A stretch of 64,000 nt of DNA from Neoechinorhynchus agilis. Its lineage: Eukaryota; Animalia; Acanthocephala. Shown piece after piece: positions 1 to 13,140 of the stretch (position 1 is the stretch's first letter; each line of letters opens with the position of its first letter). The translations under genes and the position numbers were made by a program. Where the stretch lies: contig CM121343.1 of assembly GCA_051530055.1 (NCBI GenBank), forward strand, positions 5,550,389-5,614,388. The letters run 5' to 3'. The notes beneath the pieces were generated by a model. That model saw nothing but the letters and a program-made list of their open reading frames with translations, did not search any database and was not told the origin of the DNA.

Positions 1-1222
1 AAACTCCAACAGAGCTTTAAATCCCAAACCACTTGAATGTAAGCATAATCGATGGTCAGAGGAAACATCATTTCCTAAAATGTATTAGAAAAACCAAATC
101 GAACAATTTCTCATCATAAAAATCATTATATGAATGTCCAATGTCGCTATTAAAAGCTACTTCGTACAGCTTCTATTTAGGTGCTAGGTTTTTCTTGAGA
201 TCGACGGATTTTTTCCGGATCTAACTCCGATTCAGAACCCCCCTCGTTCAAAGTTTTGATGCTTTAGTCTGAACGCCTTCCCTTACGCTCAATAACGTTT
301 TCTCTGTGTCATTTTCATGAGTGTTCCTCCACTTCAATCCTGAGCTTTGGTATCACTGCTCCAAATGTTGATTCATCAGTCCCAACAATTTAGTGGGCGG
401 GGTACTCGCAAAATCATTACCTTCAAGTAGATCTCAAATGTAACTCAATTCGTCAGACTTTTTGTAGAAGAATGATTTTTCCAGTAATCTGTGGTTTATG
501 CGAAAATCGGTAATCACGCCCCGGCGACTTTTGAACGGGACCACTTTTAACGCCTCTAAACCTGAACGCATTTTTAAAAATAGAACAACACAAAATGATT
601 ATTTTAACTGATCAGAAAATAAATTCCTGATGGGCTTGTTCAAGCGGAATGTTCATCGTCCCAATTCTTATGCTTTTATCTTGAATTACTAATTCTAAAA
701 GACTTGCAATTTGTCATCATACTTTTAGACTGCCAATTCTTGCGATTTCGTCGTCGTTGTCCGCATCAGATTCGTAGTGGTCCTTGTGTCCTTGAATAGG
801 AGATCGAGTCCCTATAAGTGGGGTTTCCGTGGCCTTGCACAGAAGAGCTTCCACGCTGCGATCTTCAGCGGGAGATAATATATCTCCAGTTTAAAGTTTC
901 TTCTCTTTAGAGGTCTACGCTGGCCCGTCGTTTATTCCTCTACCCATCCAGGGATGTCGATGTGCCGAGCCGTTTAACTTCTCCATTCTTAAAAGAAAAA
1001 CGCGAAATGAGGACTCTAAGCCCCCACGAATGTTCTTGAGATTTGTCCCCGCGATAAAAGATCCGGTTACTTGACCTTAGAAATCTACATGGCAAAAATG
1101 GAAGTTGACACGATACCGAGGATTGACGATTACAGCGGTCGTTGGTCGTTCAGTCTCCGATGATTCTGGATAACCGTTGGCGACTTCGAAAAGTGACCTT
1201 TTGGTCAACTAATGTCCAGGGT

Positions 1223-4200
1223 GTTCTTTTATCGCCGTGGCTATCACGGTTCGTGAATCTATTTAATTTGTTAAAACAAAACCGCGCGACCTCGAAGTAG
1301 TGTCGGTCTAGTCATTATCGGTTCGCTGATTCCAAATATCTTTTTTTCGCCGTAGCTATCACGGTTCGTAAATTAGATTTACTTTGTTAAAACAAAACCG
1401 CGCGACCTCGAAGTAGTGTCGGTCTAGTCAATATCGGTTCGCTGATTCCAAATATGGGTTTTGTTCGCTGTATTTATCACGGTTCGTAAATTAGATTTAC
1501 TTCGTTAAAACATAGCCGCACGACCTCGAAGTAGTGTCGGTCTAGTCAATATCGGTTCGCTGATTCCAAATATCTTCTTTTTCGCCGTAGCTATCACGGT
1601 TCGTAAATTAGATTTACTTCGTTAAAACATAAACGCGCGACCTCGAAGTAGTGTCAGTCTAGTCAATATCGGTTCGCTGATTCCAAATATGTTCTTTTAT
1701 CGCCGTGGCTATCACGGTTCGTGAATCTATTTACTTTGTTAAAACAAAACCACGCGACCTCGAAGTAGTGTCGGTCTAGTCTTTCTTGATCCGCTGATTC
1801 CAAATATCTTTTTTCGCCGTAGCTATCACGGTTCGTAAATTAGATTTACTTCGTTAAAACATAAACGCGCGACCTCGAAGTAGTGTCAGTCTAGTCAATA
1901 TCGGTTCGCTGATTCCAAATATGTTCTTTTATCGCCGTGACTATCACGGTTCGTGAATCTATTTACTTTGTTAAAACAAAACCACGCGACCTCGAAGTAG
2001 TGTCGGCCTAGTCAATATCGGTTCGCTGATTCCAAATATGCTCTTTTATCGCCGTGGCTATCACGGTTCGTGAATCTATTTACTTTGTTAAAACAAAACC
2101 GCGCGACCCCGAAGTAGTGTCGGTCTAGTCTTTCTTGATCCGCTGATTCCAAATATCTTCTTTTTTTTCGCCGTAGCTATCACGGTTCGTAAATTAGATT
2201 TACTTCGTTAAAACATAAACGCGCGCCCTCGAAGTAGTGTCAGTCTAGTCAATATCGGTTCGCTGATTCCAAATATGTTCTTTTATCGCCGTGGCTATCA
2301 AGGTTCGTGAATCTATTTACTTTGTTAAAACAAAACCACGCGACCTCGAAGTAGTGTCGGTCTAGTCTTTCTTGATCCGCTGATTCCAAATATCTTCTTT
2401 TTTTCGCCGTAGCTATCACGGTTCGTAAATTAGATTTACTTCGTTAAAACATAAACGCGCGACCTCGAAGTAGTGTCAGTCTATCAATATCGGTTCGCTG
2501 ATTCCAAATATGTTCTTTTATCGCCGTGACTATCACGGTTCGCGAATCTATTTACTTCGTTAAAACATAACCGCACGACCTCGAAGTAGTGTCGGTCTAG
2601 TCAATATCGGTTCGCTGATTCCAAATATGTTCTTTTATCGCCGTGGCTATCACGGTTCGTGAATCTATTTACTTTGTTAAAACAAAACCACGCGACCTCG
2701 AAGTAGTGTCGGCCTAGTCAATATCGGTTCGCTGATTCCAAATATGCTCTTTTATCGCCGTGGCTATCACGGTTCGTGAATCTATTTACTTTGTTAAAAC
2801 AAAACCGCGCGACCCCGAAGTAGTGTCGGTCTAGTCTTTCTTGATCCGCTGATTCCAAATATCTTTTTTTCGCCGTAGCTATCACGGTTCGTAAATTAGA
2901 TTTACTTCGTTAAAACATAAACGCGCGACCTCGAAGTAGTGTCAGTCTAGTCAATATCGGTTCGCTGATTCCAAATATGTTCTTTTATCGCCGTGGCTAT
3001 CACGGTTCGTGAATCTATTTACTTTGTTAAAACAAAACCACGCGACCTCGAAGTAGTGTCAGTCTAGTCAATATCGGTTCGCTGATTCCAAATATGTTCT
3101 TTTATCGCCGTGGCTATCACGGTTCGTGAATCTATTTACTTTGTTAAAACAAAACCGCGCGACCCCGAAGTAGTGTCGGTCTAGTCTTTCTTGATCCGCT
3201 GATTCCAAATATCTTCTTTTTTTCGCCGTAGCTATCACGGTTCGTAAATTAGATTTACTTCGTTAAAACATAAACGCGCGACCTCGAAGTAGTGTCAGTC
3301 TAGTCAATATCGGTTCGCTGATTCCAAATATGTTCTTTTATCGCCGTGGCTATCACGGTTCGTGAATCTATTTACTTTGTTAAAACAAAACCACGCGACC
3401 TCGAAGTAGTGTCGGTCTAGTCTTTCTTGATCCGCTGATTCCAAATATCTTTTTTCGCCGTAGCTATCACGGTTCGTAAATTAGATTTACTTCGTTAAAA
3501 CATAAACGCGCGACCTCGAAGTAGTGTCAGTCTAGTCAATATCGGTTCGCTGATTCCAAATATGTTCTTTTATCGCCGTGGCTATCACGGTTCGTGAATC
3601 TATTTACTTTGTTAAAACAAAACCACGCGACCTCGAAGTAGTGTCGGTCTAGTCTTTCTTGATCCGCTGATTCCAAATATCTTCTTTTTTTCGCCGTAGC
3701 TATCACGGTTCGTAAATTAGATTTACTTCGTTAAAACATAAACGCGCGACCTCGAAGTAGTGTCAGTCTAGTCAATATCGGTTCGCTGATTCCAAATATG
3801 TTCTTTTATCGCCGTGGCTATCACGGTTCGTGAATCTATTTACTTTGTTAAAACAAAACCACGCGACCTCGAAGTAGTGTCGGTCTAGTCTTTCTTGATC
3901 CGCTGATTCCAAATATCTTCTTTTTTTCGCCGTAGCTATCACGGTTCGTAAATTAGATTTACTTCGTTAAAACATAAACGCGCGACCTCGAAGTAGTGTC
4001 AGTCTAGTCAATATCGGTTCGCTGATTCCAAATATGTTCTTTTATCGCCGTGGCTATCAAGGTTCGTGAATCTATTTACTTTGTTAAAACAAAACCACGC
4101 GACCTCGAAGTAGTGTCGGCCTAGTCAATATCGGTTCGCTGATTCCAAATATGTTCTTTTATCGCCGTGGCTATCACGGTTCGTGAATCTATTTACTTTG

Positions 4201-5146
4201 TTAAAACAAAACCGCGCGACCCCGAAGTAGTGTCGGTCTAGTCTTTCTTGATCCGCTGATTCCAAATATCTTCTTTTTTTCGCCGTAGCTATCACGGTTC
4301 GTAAATTAGATTTACTTCGTTAAAACATAAACGCGCGACCTCGAAGTAGTGTCAGTCTAGTCAATATCGGTTCGCTGATTCCAAATATGTTCTTTTATCG
4401 CCGTGACTATCACGGTTCGTGAATCTATTTACTTTGTTAAAACAAAACCACGCGACCTCGAAGTAGTGTCGGCCTAGTCAATATCGGTTCGCTGATTCCA
4501 AATATGCTCTTTTATCGCCGTGGCTATCACGGTTCGTGAATCTATTTACTTTGTTAAAACAAAACCACGCGACCTCGAAGTAGTGTCGGTCTAGTCTTTC
4601 TTGATCCGCTGATTCCAAATATCTTCTTTTTTTCGCCGTAGCTATCACGGTTCGTAAATTAGATTTACTTCGTTAAAACATAAACGCGCGACCTCGAAGT
4701 AGTGTCAGTCTAGTCAATATCGGTTCGCTGATTCCAAATATGTTCTTTTATCGCCGTGGCTATCACGGTTCGTGAATCTATTTACTTTGTTAAAACAAAA
4801 CCACGCGACCTCGAAGTAGTGTCGGTCTAGTCTTTCTTGATCCGCTGATTCCAAATATCTTCTTTTTTTCGCCGTAGCTATCACGGTTCGTAAATTAGAT
4901 TTACTTCGTTAAAACATAAACGCGCGACCTCGAAGTAGTGTCAGTCTAGTCAATATCGGTTCGCTGATTCCAAATATGTTCTTTTATCGCCGTGACTATC
5001 ACGGTTCGCGAATCTATTTACTTCGTTAAAACATAACCGCACGACCTCGAAGTAGTGTCAGTCTAGTCAATATCGGTTCGCTGATTCCAAATATGTTCTT
5101 TTATCGCCGTGGCTATCAAGGTTCGTGAATCTATTTACTTTGTTAA
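1223..5146. repeat. Satellite array, ~117 bp unit, 33 full copies, alternating A/B monomer variants
   Basis: The motif GAAGTAGTGT recurs 33 times from 1294 to 5049 at 115-120 bp spacing. Monomers alternate between a TAAATTAGATTT..CATAAACGCG type and a TGAATCTATTT..CAAAACC type. No unique spacers. Confidence 0.97.
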
Positions 5147-5559
5147 CCACTGACCACATTGATGGCCTTAAAACAGAGCGAAAGACCATTATTTGAAGTT
5201 AAATTTTTCAATCCCCACCTCCTAGCGAAATTTTGTAGGCCTATTTCGAACGTACGAGGCTTGATGTCAATGAAAAACAACATCCTGGGGGATTACGCTG
5301 ACACCACTAGCATGCTCAGCGCAGAGAGTAACAATAACATTATCTGCCCCATTGGTCTTGATCAAGTGTTCTGCAGTTTTTTCCAAGGATAAAAATGTCG
5401 TCGGGAGATAATCTGCTACCAACCAGAGTAATATGGTAAGCTCAATTTCATCATGTCTTGTGCCATTTGAAAACGGGGCCTACATGGCCAGTACAGCTCT
5501 CAGTCAACGCCCTCTCTCATCAACGACCCCTCTATCTCAGTTAACGCCCTCCATTCAAT

Positions 5560-7200
5560 GATCGGTGAGCGAGAATCGGACGAGCATTCCATTCTTATTG
5601 ATGTTGCACTAAAGAAACACTTTTAACAAGTTACTGAAACTCTAAAGGACTCATTAATTGAAGTGATAAGCACACTTAAGGATGTATTAGGGGAGGCTAT
5701 GCAGTGTGAAGTGGAAGCTCTTAAAAGTGAACAGTTGATCGAAGTCATAAAGTGCAAAGGGAAGAAAGTTAACGGTTCAAAAAGGCAGGCAAAGGTTTCA
5801 AAGGTGAATTCTAAGAAACAGACTAAAGGTTTGTTGAAATCGGATAGTTAAGCGACCACGAAGGAAAATAAGGTTTTGCTAGATTCCATCAGCGTGCTAA
5901 ACTCGAATGAAGATTTGTTGGTAACGAGTGGAGCTCAAAAGACTGAGAATATTTCGACTTTTACTAGGGACTTGGTACCACCCTTAGAGGATATTCAGCC
6001 TGTAGTATCTTACGATTCCAATATTACTGTGGAGGAGTATGATATTGTGACTGGGATAAAAGGTAACGATAGGAAAAACAAAAGCGATCCAGCTGAAGTA
6101 ATTACGATGAAAGCTACGGTCGAACAAAAGGTCCAAGTGACACCTGAACGAGTAGAAACAGGAGCAAAAGGAGGAACTCCATCAAAATCAATCAACCCTC
6201 CGATTCATTTCGGTAATGATACGCCTTCTCCGCCCCGGCCATCATCCCTTGCCGCTCTGAATTCGACCCATCGCATCATGCACTCCTCCCTCGAGGATGG
6301 AAAGCGCACCATATTTATTTCTGGTATGGCAGAAGCCATCCTGTCGCCGCTGATGCACACAACCGCCACCAAATCCTTCGAATCGGTTTACTCCTTTTCC
6401 CCGACATTCATTCTGCTATTCCTCCCCCATTAACAGTTATGCGCATTCCACCCAAAAATCTCTTTAACCCAAGAATTCGTATCCTCAAAGTAACTTTTAT
6501 TTCACCATTCGTCGCCTCCCTCTTTCTTAACAGGAGATACAAACTTCTTACTCCTCAATTTTCTTTTCGCATCCATCCACATAGGAACTCATCACAAAAT
6601 CTTTCCACCGGCCCTCCAAACTCAACCCAGAAATCATATTCCCAATGTAACCCGTCACTTGTAGCGAACACCCGAGAACATCTCCCCCATCCCCAAAAAT
6701 CGAAGAATAAGCGACTTCCCAGTTTCTTTGATTAGGTGCAACTCCACAGGCGCCCGAATAACCACAAAGGTCAATCTCCCAGCCCTTCCACATTAAATAC
6801 TCCCTTTTTCCCGAATCAAGTAAATAATTATCTCTCTAACCCTACTCAAAATCACCATAAATCGGCCCATCGAACCGTAGCTGATCCGTGCAAATTCCCA
6901 ACCCTAAACTCATTTCTATCATTACCAATCACTCATCCCAACTGAAATTTTCGAGTCGCCGGGGACTTCTCTCTTTGGGATAATCAATCGTTCTTTGTCG
7001 GCATCCCGTAACGATTCCTCCCTCAACCCACCACCCGCAACAAACAATGCAACCCCAATCTCCCCCCCCCAAATTTCCCGAAATCCAAAATTCAGTTCCC
7101 CACCGTTTTCTACTTCAATACTCGTAACATCCTTCTTAAACTAGATGAAATTTCACTCATTTCATCCAGCTCAAAAGCCGATGTAGTCATCTTAACAGAA
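5560..7200 (+). mobile_element. Decayed CR1-group non-LTR retrotransposon: ORF1 region and start of the APE endonuclease
   Basis: 7100-7200 translates FPTVFYFNTRNILLKLDEISLISSSSKADVVILTE, an APE N-terminus. The upstream sequence aligns by eye with 44850-45950 (+) and 12200-13030 (-). Many stops. Confidence 0.8.
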
Positions 7201-7204
7201 CAAA

Positions 7205-8000
7205 AGTACATAAACCGTACGTGAAGGTCCGACCGGTTATTGCATCGTACTCATCATACGGTCAAAGTTTGGCGAAGGAAATCAACAATCTAATTCAGGT
7301 TGAAAAGATGATAAGAAGCATGTTTAGAAGAAGAATGCTTCAGAAAACAGAAACGAACATCCAAGCGGCAAAAGTTAGCAAGGAAGCCACCCAATCTATA
7401 ACTCAGCGTCTCGAATCTACACAAAGAGACCTGCACGTCATCGAGAGATACGGCTCGTCATTCGGTGCAAAAATGAGCAACATGCTCTCTCTCACATGGC
7501 GAAGAAATCGAGCTTGGTGAATCTCATACCGTACCACCCGGCGGGAGTGAATTTGAACAGTGTTTTCAAGTCAAAGCCGGAGCAACTTAAGGGCATTGAT
7601 TGCTTGGTCAGCAGAGTATTTGGAAAAGAGTGCGGCAGCATGAATACGCACTCAAACGGAGTGACGTGTCATCGGCAATCTTCAACCACGCCGTGCAAAA
7701 CAACCAAACAATCGACTTCGGAGGAGCGAAGGTGAAAATAGTTTAGAAAGGGCTCCAAAGAAGGCTGATCAAGGAAGCCCTTCTCATCAACGCGGAGAGG
7801 ACAATGGAAGGCAACAAGAGCAACTTCACTCTTGTCCTTCCGACAAATAACCTCCGTGGAGCAGTAGCGCATAGTGTGAAGCGTCACCTTGGAAATTGAT
7901 GGTCCCGCGCACACGAGTCCAGGGATCGAATGAGCTCCCCTACTACATGTGATTTTAGATGCTTGATAAGGAGGTCGAAGCCTCGAAAATTTGCATGTTT
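7205..8000 (+). mobile_element. Penelope-like element remnant (RT fragment, GIY-YIG C-terminal part, 3' tail)
   Basis: KVRPVIASYSSYGQSLAKEINNLI resembles PLE RT motif 1-2. 7610-7810 reads GQQSIWKRVRQHEYALKRSDVSSAIFNHAVQNNQTIDFGGAKV..RRLIKEALLI, typical of the PLE GIY-YIG endonuclease C-terminal half. Confidence 0.75.
7955..8000 (+). ncRNA. Degenerate minimal hammerhead ribozyme motif at the PLE tail
   Basis: ATGC-TTGATAA-G-GAGG-TCGAAG-CCTC-GAA-AATT-T-GCAT. Stem I ATGC/GCAT, stem II GAGG/CCTC and a palindromic AATT stem III are present, but the core has two substitutions versus CTGATGA. Confidence 0.5.
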
Positions 8001-8499
8001 ACAAATCTCGGGGAGGGAAAAGCTCGCCGTATAGAAAAAAGGAAATTTGAATACTGGAACAATTTTTATCTTTTACTTTTAGTCTACAAAATCGAAAATA
8101 AGTCATAAATTGACAAAATTACGCGTTTATATGAATGATTTAATTCAGCAACGAGAGATAATTATTTGAGTAATCGGAGTTTAGATTCCATGAGTCTTTG
8201 ATTTCATTTGATTATCGCGATTAGTTCGCTAAGGGCGAGCGCAGAATCCCTCTTAGAGAACTTGAATTTCGTTCATCACCAAGTAAATATTCTCTTCCAA
8301 TTCGAATCGATTACCAACCGATAAGCCCAATGATTTGCATTTCGCAACGAAATTTCTTTTTCTGGATTATCCGAAACACAATTCGTTTGATCATGTCTGT
8401 CAGTATAACTTTAGTTCGTACTGAACTTTTTTTGGCTGAAATAACAATATTTCCCAATTCATCCATTGCTTTGTGCAAATAAGGACTTTTCGGCGATTA

Positions 8500-9340
8500 A
8501 TGAGTCTAATAGAGAAACCCAGCCATCGGGGAAACACAATTCGCCGGCCCCAAGCCCGGATAAATAGGAAGGGTTGGCGACGGGAAGGGCATCCGGCCGT
8601 AAAACTTGCTTCGAATTCAAAACCATCTTATAGAAGTACCAAATAAATAACAACAATTTGACTAGGGCGTCCCCTTCATGCGACACGCAGATGATGCGCT
8701 CGGCATCGCCGAAAAAGTTAATAAATGAGCGAAAAATATTGTGTGAGGGGGGCATTGAATGTAGGTACGATGACAGGTAAGTCAATGGAAGTAGTAAACA
8801 TGATGAAAAAGAGAGGAATTGCAATTCTATGCTTGTAGGAACAACGACGGAGAGGATCGGAGGTTCGAGAATTAGGGGAAGGTTTTAAATTATATTATAG
8901 TGGATCATGTAATGGTAGAAACCGGGTGGGCATTGTATTAGATTTGCAATACAAAGATAGTGTTGGAAATTAAGATGCACTGATCGAATATTGGCGATGA
9001 GAATGGATCTTGGTGCTCAGGGCTTGACGATTATTTCGTGCTACGCTCCGCAGGTTTGCAGTCCTCAACAAGAGAGAAAGATGAATTCTGGAATGGACCT
9101 GATGAAGCCATAAGAACTGTTAAGAGGATCCGCCATGCGAAAAAACAGGCGACTTGGTTTACGAACAGCATTGAAGATTAAATGAGCGATCAAAAGGACA
9201 AAATCCGAACGAACTGGAGCGAATGGTCCTAAGCATAGAAATAGCAGGAGTTCGAAGGCGAAGACGACCTAAAAAGCGTTGGAAAGATTACATGTGATGG
9301 CGACCTAGCGACCCCGAATAAGGAAAAGCTTAAAGAAAGT
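8500..9340 (+). mobile_element. Internally deleted RTE-clade LINE (5' UTR, APE N-terminus, 3' end)
   Basis: GGAAGGGCATCCGGCCGTAAAA 5' UTR motif. 8750-9120 reads NVGTMTGKSMEVVNMMKKRGIAILCL..GFKLYYSG..IISCYAPQ. The 3' end reads GVRRRRRPKKRWKD followed by GCGACCCCGAATAAGGAAAAGC. Confidence 0.8.
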
Positions 9341-10719
9341 GTGTGTAAATAAGCCTTTCAGAGAAAAAGTAGACCCTCGTCGGCCTCTACTTGTAAGTTC
9401 TGAGATATAATTTTGTTTGCTTTTAAAATTTACCGAGTTTTTCTTGAATTGTGATGCTCATTGCAGTATAACGTTTACCGCGATGAATGCTCCACTTCGA
9501 TTTAAGTGTTAGTTTTTGTGCTTGAAGACAGCAGCTATGGTATTCCACTATAAAGGCCAGTTTTTCTTGGTGGGTTTCAACGGCACTGAAGGCAAGAATT
9601 CTAGATTTTCTAACCTTTGATCAAATGGAATGTTCATTCGATATACAGTTGTTTTTTAGAGGCGCAAAATACTTAAATCGAATTCCCATACATATGAGCA
9701 ATAAAAACAGCGAAAAGAGATTTAGAAGTTGCTATGGGATAAAAGGAAGAAGCTTTCATGCAAGGTACTTAGACTATTCCGAGAAATCTTCGTAACGAAA
9801 TTTCACCCATTCTAAAAGTAGTCCCGATAAAGCCGATCCTGGAAATCTGAGTAGAGGTGAACAAACCAATCCGAAATCCTTCCAAATGAGCAATAAAAAC
9901 AGCGAAAAGAGATTTAGAAGTTGCTATATTGAGGACGAGCAAAGTTTCAATGCATGGATGATTCTATGTTACCAAGAGCAAGAAGAAAAGATGGTGCATG
10001 TTTGAAAAAAGGGCCGGCATATCAATGATTATGTTAAGATCAAAAAGTTCATTTAACCATATCATGAAAGTACTAATTATCTCTTAGCGGATTAGGATAT
10101 TGACGTTACTGAACTATTGTACGATCTCTCCCCCGTGGGATAGAAGGAAGCTCTCATGCAAGGTACTTAGACTATTCGGAGAAATCTTCGCCAAATTCAT
10201 CAATGGAGTTTGTCCCTGTGCGAAATTCCGGAAACAACGAAAATGTAATAGACGTATTCGATCAGGGGAACGAAATTTCACCCATTCTGAAAGTAGTTCT
10301 GATAAAGCCAATCCTGGAAATCTGAGTAGAAGTGAACAAACCAATCTGAAATAAGAAACTCGTGCAAGTACTAGAATAATTTCGTCAGATTCCGAAGAGA
10401 GGCTACTGCAATGACGGATATGTGCTCCTCCCTTTCCACGCGCTCACAACTTTTCAGACAATAGCGAGCACGGGAAGAGGACAATGCATGCTGGCGATGG
10501 GTGCACACTTTTGTGGGCGTGGTTCTTTGCAGAAACGAAAGAATAACAGTTTGAGATGACGTCATTGAAGACGAATCAAATGGAAAGAATTTCTCATGGT
10601 CTGAAGACGTCATCAGGCTTAGTATAGATCGGTGCTGCTCGTATAGTCTTTTGAAGTGCATAAATACAATCTTTGATGAACCGTTACTTCGCCAATTGAT
10701 GTTAGACTAAATTTATTCC

Positions 10720-11380
10720 GCCTCTTGGAGGTATCTGAGGATCCAGAGGAATGTACAAACTGAAACCGGATGGTTAAGTGAATTGAGTGATTTAATTACT
10801 TCTCTGAACCAGATCGGTTGGCCGTATGCCTGAAAAGTTATCAGCCGTGATAAAAGGCCACACATTGATACCTAATAAAAGTTACCGGCTGGCCAGTCTT
10901 CAAAAAATCAAAAATTCAATGGCCTGTAATTAAAATCAAAACAAATGGCTGAGTTTGACATTCCGTAGTTTTGTCGAGGTGGTTAAGTAGAAAACTCCAA
11001 TTTTGCGGACGGTGGTGATTGCACGTCTTGTACTTTATTATGTTCTACAAATAAAAGTTCAAATCATCAGTGGACTAATGCCCTTGATCCCAGTGAAGGG
11101 TCAACTGGTTCCAATCCGTTACCGCCAATGGCGCACAACCAAAGGGGACGAAATACCATTGAAGGGAGAAAACCGACTGATGAGTACCGCCTCTTGGAGG
11201 TATTTGAGGATCCTGAAGAATGTATAAATTCTTTACCGTATGCATCAGAGTATAAGTGATTCAATCACTTCTCTGAACCAGATCGGTGGGCTGTGCGCCC
11301 GAAAAATTATCGGCCGTGATAAAAAGCCACAGATTGATACCTAATAAAAGTTACCGGCTGGCTAGTCTTCAAAAAAGCTT
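10720..11380 (+). repeat. tRNA-derived SINE-like family, ~490 bp unit in partial tandem
   Basis: A-box-like GGTGGTTAAGT and B-box/T-arm GGTTCCAATCCGTTACCGCCA. 10780-10900 is repeated at 11255-11380. Near-identical to 63515-64000. Confidence 0.75.
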
Positions 11381-12049
11381 AAGTTATTATTTAAAAATGC
11401 ACTTAATATATTAATGGTTCGGCCTTGATTGTTCAATGTCGTCAAGTTGTGGTCAATAATTTGCGTTTCGCTAAATAAACATCAAACGATATGACGCTAT
11501 AAGAATATTTTAATTGATGTAAAAACTTGGTTTGCTTTCAGAAAATGCTTGATTTTAACAGTTCGGGTGCAAACCGTTTTGGTTAGCGCAAAGGTCAATA
11601 TATCCAGTAATTTGAACCAAACGTATTTTTAGAGATCCATTGTGCAAATGGAAACGGGAGGTTCTCAGCGGACTTCGATAAAAGTGACAATGGACGGAAC
11701 TTGAATGGAAACATTCCGTGGGCCTAGAAATCCTGATGAAACCTCACCTTATCAATCATCTAAAAAGGTTTTTGGTTATAGCTCTTGTCTATGTTTTATC
11801 TTATAGGCTCGGGTTAACAGGCTCGCTACTTTCAAGGTTCGGGGACCGTGTGCCCGCTCGTAAACCCTGCACTGTATCGTGCGGAGGAGCAATCACCGAA
11901 CACAGAACAAAAACCGCTCCCAGAATCCGTGAAACTCGAAAGAGTTGAATTTGTTTTGGTGATGCAACAAACCAAATGATCAATTCGATTATGAGGACGG
12001 GGATTGGGGTTCGAGTGTACAATAAGAAAATTATCAGGTGGGCTCTAGA

Positions 12050-13030
12050 AGCCTACTTTTGAAGAAGTTTCAAAAGATGAAGAGTATGGTAGTGATTGAG
12101 GTACGTAAATTGTGGCACCTGAACGCGGTTCATATGGAAGGAAGAGTACCAGAGAAAGATTGCTAAATTACCGTTGAAGGGAGTAAGCCACGTTTCTGCT
12201 AAGATGATTACGTCGCCTTCGGAAGTAGATGAAATGAGTGAAATTTCATCTAGTTTACGAAAGAGGCTACGAGCGATGGAGTAGATTACGACGGGAAGGG
12301 AACTTCGGGCGTGAAAATGAGGGAAATTGAGGTTGCTTTGATTTTTCGTGGGTGATAAATAAAGGGAAGAGTCGATACAAGTTATCGATCTCTAAGAACT
12401 GGTTATACCAAAGAGATAAGCCCGGAAGCCAATCGAAAATTTGAGTTGAGATGAGTGATTGGCAATGATAGAAACTAGTTTTGAGTCGAGAATTGGTGTG
12501 GATCAGCCGTTTTGAGTAGGTAATGAATGATTACTTGTTTTGGGAGAAAGAGTGTTTAATGTGGAAAAATTGGGAGATAGTAAGTTATTGTTCATTGGGC
12601 GCCGATAGAGTTGCACTTAGTCAAATAAGATAGAGTCGGTTACTCTTCGAGATGGTGCTGATATATAGTTTTTCGGATAGTTTGGGTTAAGTGATAGATT
12701 TTGATAGTTTTTATGTGGGTAGATTCGAAATGAAAAATGTGAAGTGCAATGAGTACAGAGTTGAAATTTACTTTTAGAAGACGTGGACGCGGGTTAGAGG
12801 GATTTTTGGAGGGAATACGCATAACCGTTTTTGGGGGATGAAATGCAGAATGTAAGCCGGGGAAAAGAACTTAAGTGAAATTTGGTGGCAGTGGTGTGCA
12901 TCAGTGGCGAAAGGGTTGGCAACAGTGGATGCGATTTGTCTTTGAGGGAGGAGTACATGACACGAAGGGTAGATTTAGATCGGAGAGGGATGATGGGCCG
13001 GAAGGTGGGAAAGCCTATCATTACAGAAAT
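12050..13030 (-). mobile_element. Decayed CR1-group LINE fragment (ORF1 end and APE start)
   Basis: Minus strand reads KLDEISLISSTSEGDVIILAETWL, homologous to 7130-7200. The upstream part matches 6240-6950. Confidence 0.8.
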
Positions 13031-13140
13031 GAACAGGAGGGTTGATTACTTGTGGTGGTATTGGTATCAACTTTTTATATCTCAATACATCAAGGCATTT
13101 CCTTTAATCATCGATAAAAAATTCTTCGGGTTAGTCAAAG

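Noticed and set aside
690-1000. Minus-strand frame TGDILSPAEDRSVEALLCK..SLKV as a terminal exon
   Set aside because: All frames upstream are stopped and I found no convincing acceptor or homology.
1223-5146. Regularly spaced repeats as a CRISPR array
   Set aside because: The whole unit repeats with no unique spacers, there are no cas genes, and the context is eukaryotic.
9680-10670. Mosaic local duplications and short ORFs (10100-10354, 10371-10661)
   Set aside because: 9700-9930 and 10140-10350 are rearranged copies of each other and no recognisable protein could be assembled.
11003-11264. ORFs here and at 63582-63999, 40515-40703 and 52530-53698 as genes
   Set aside because: They are chance frames within the SINE-like repeat family.
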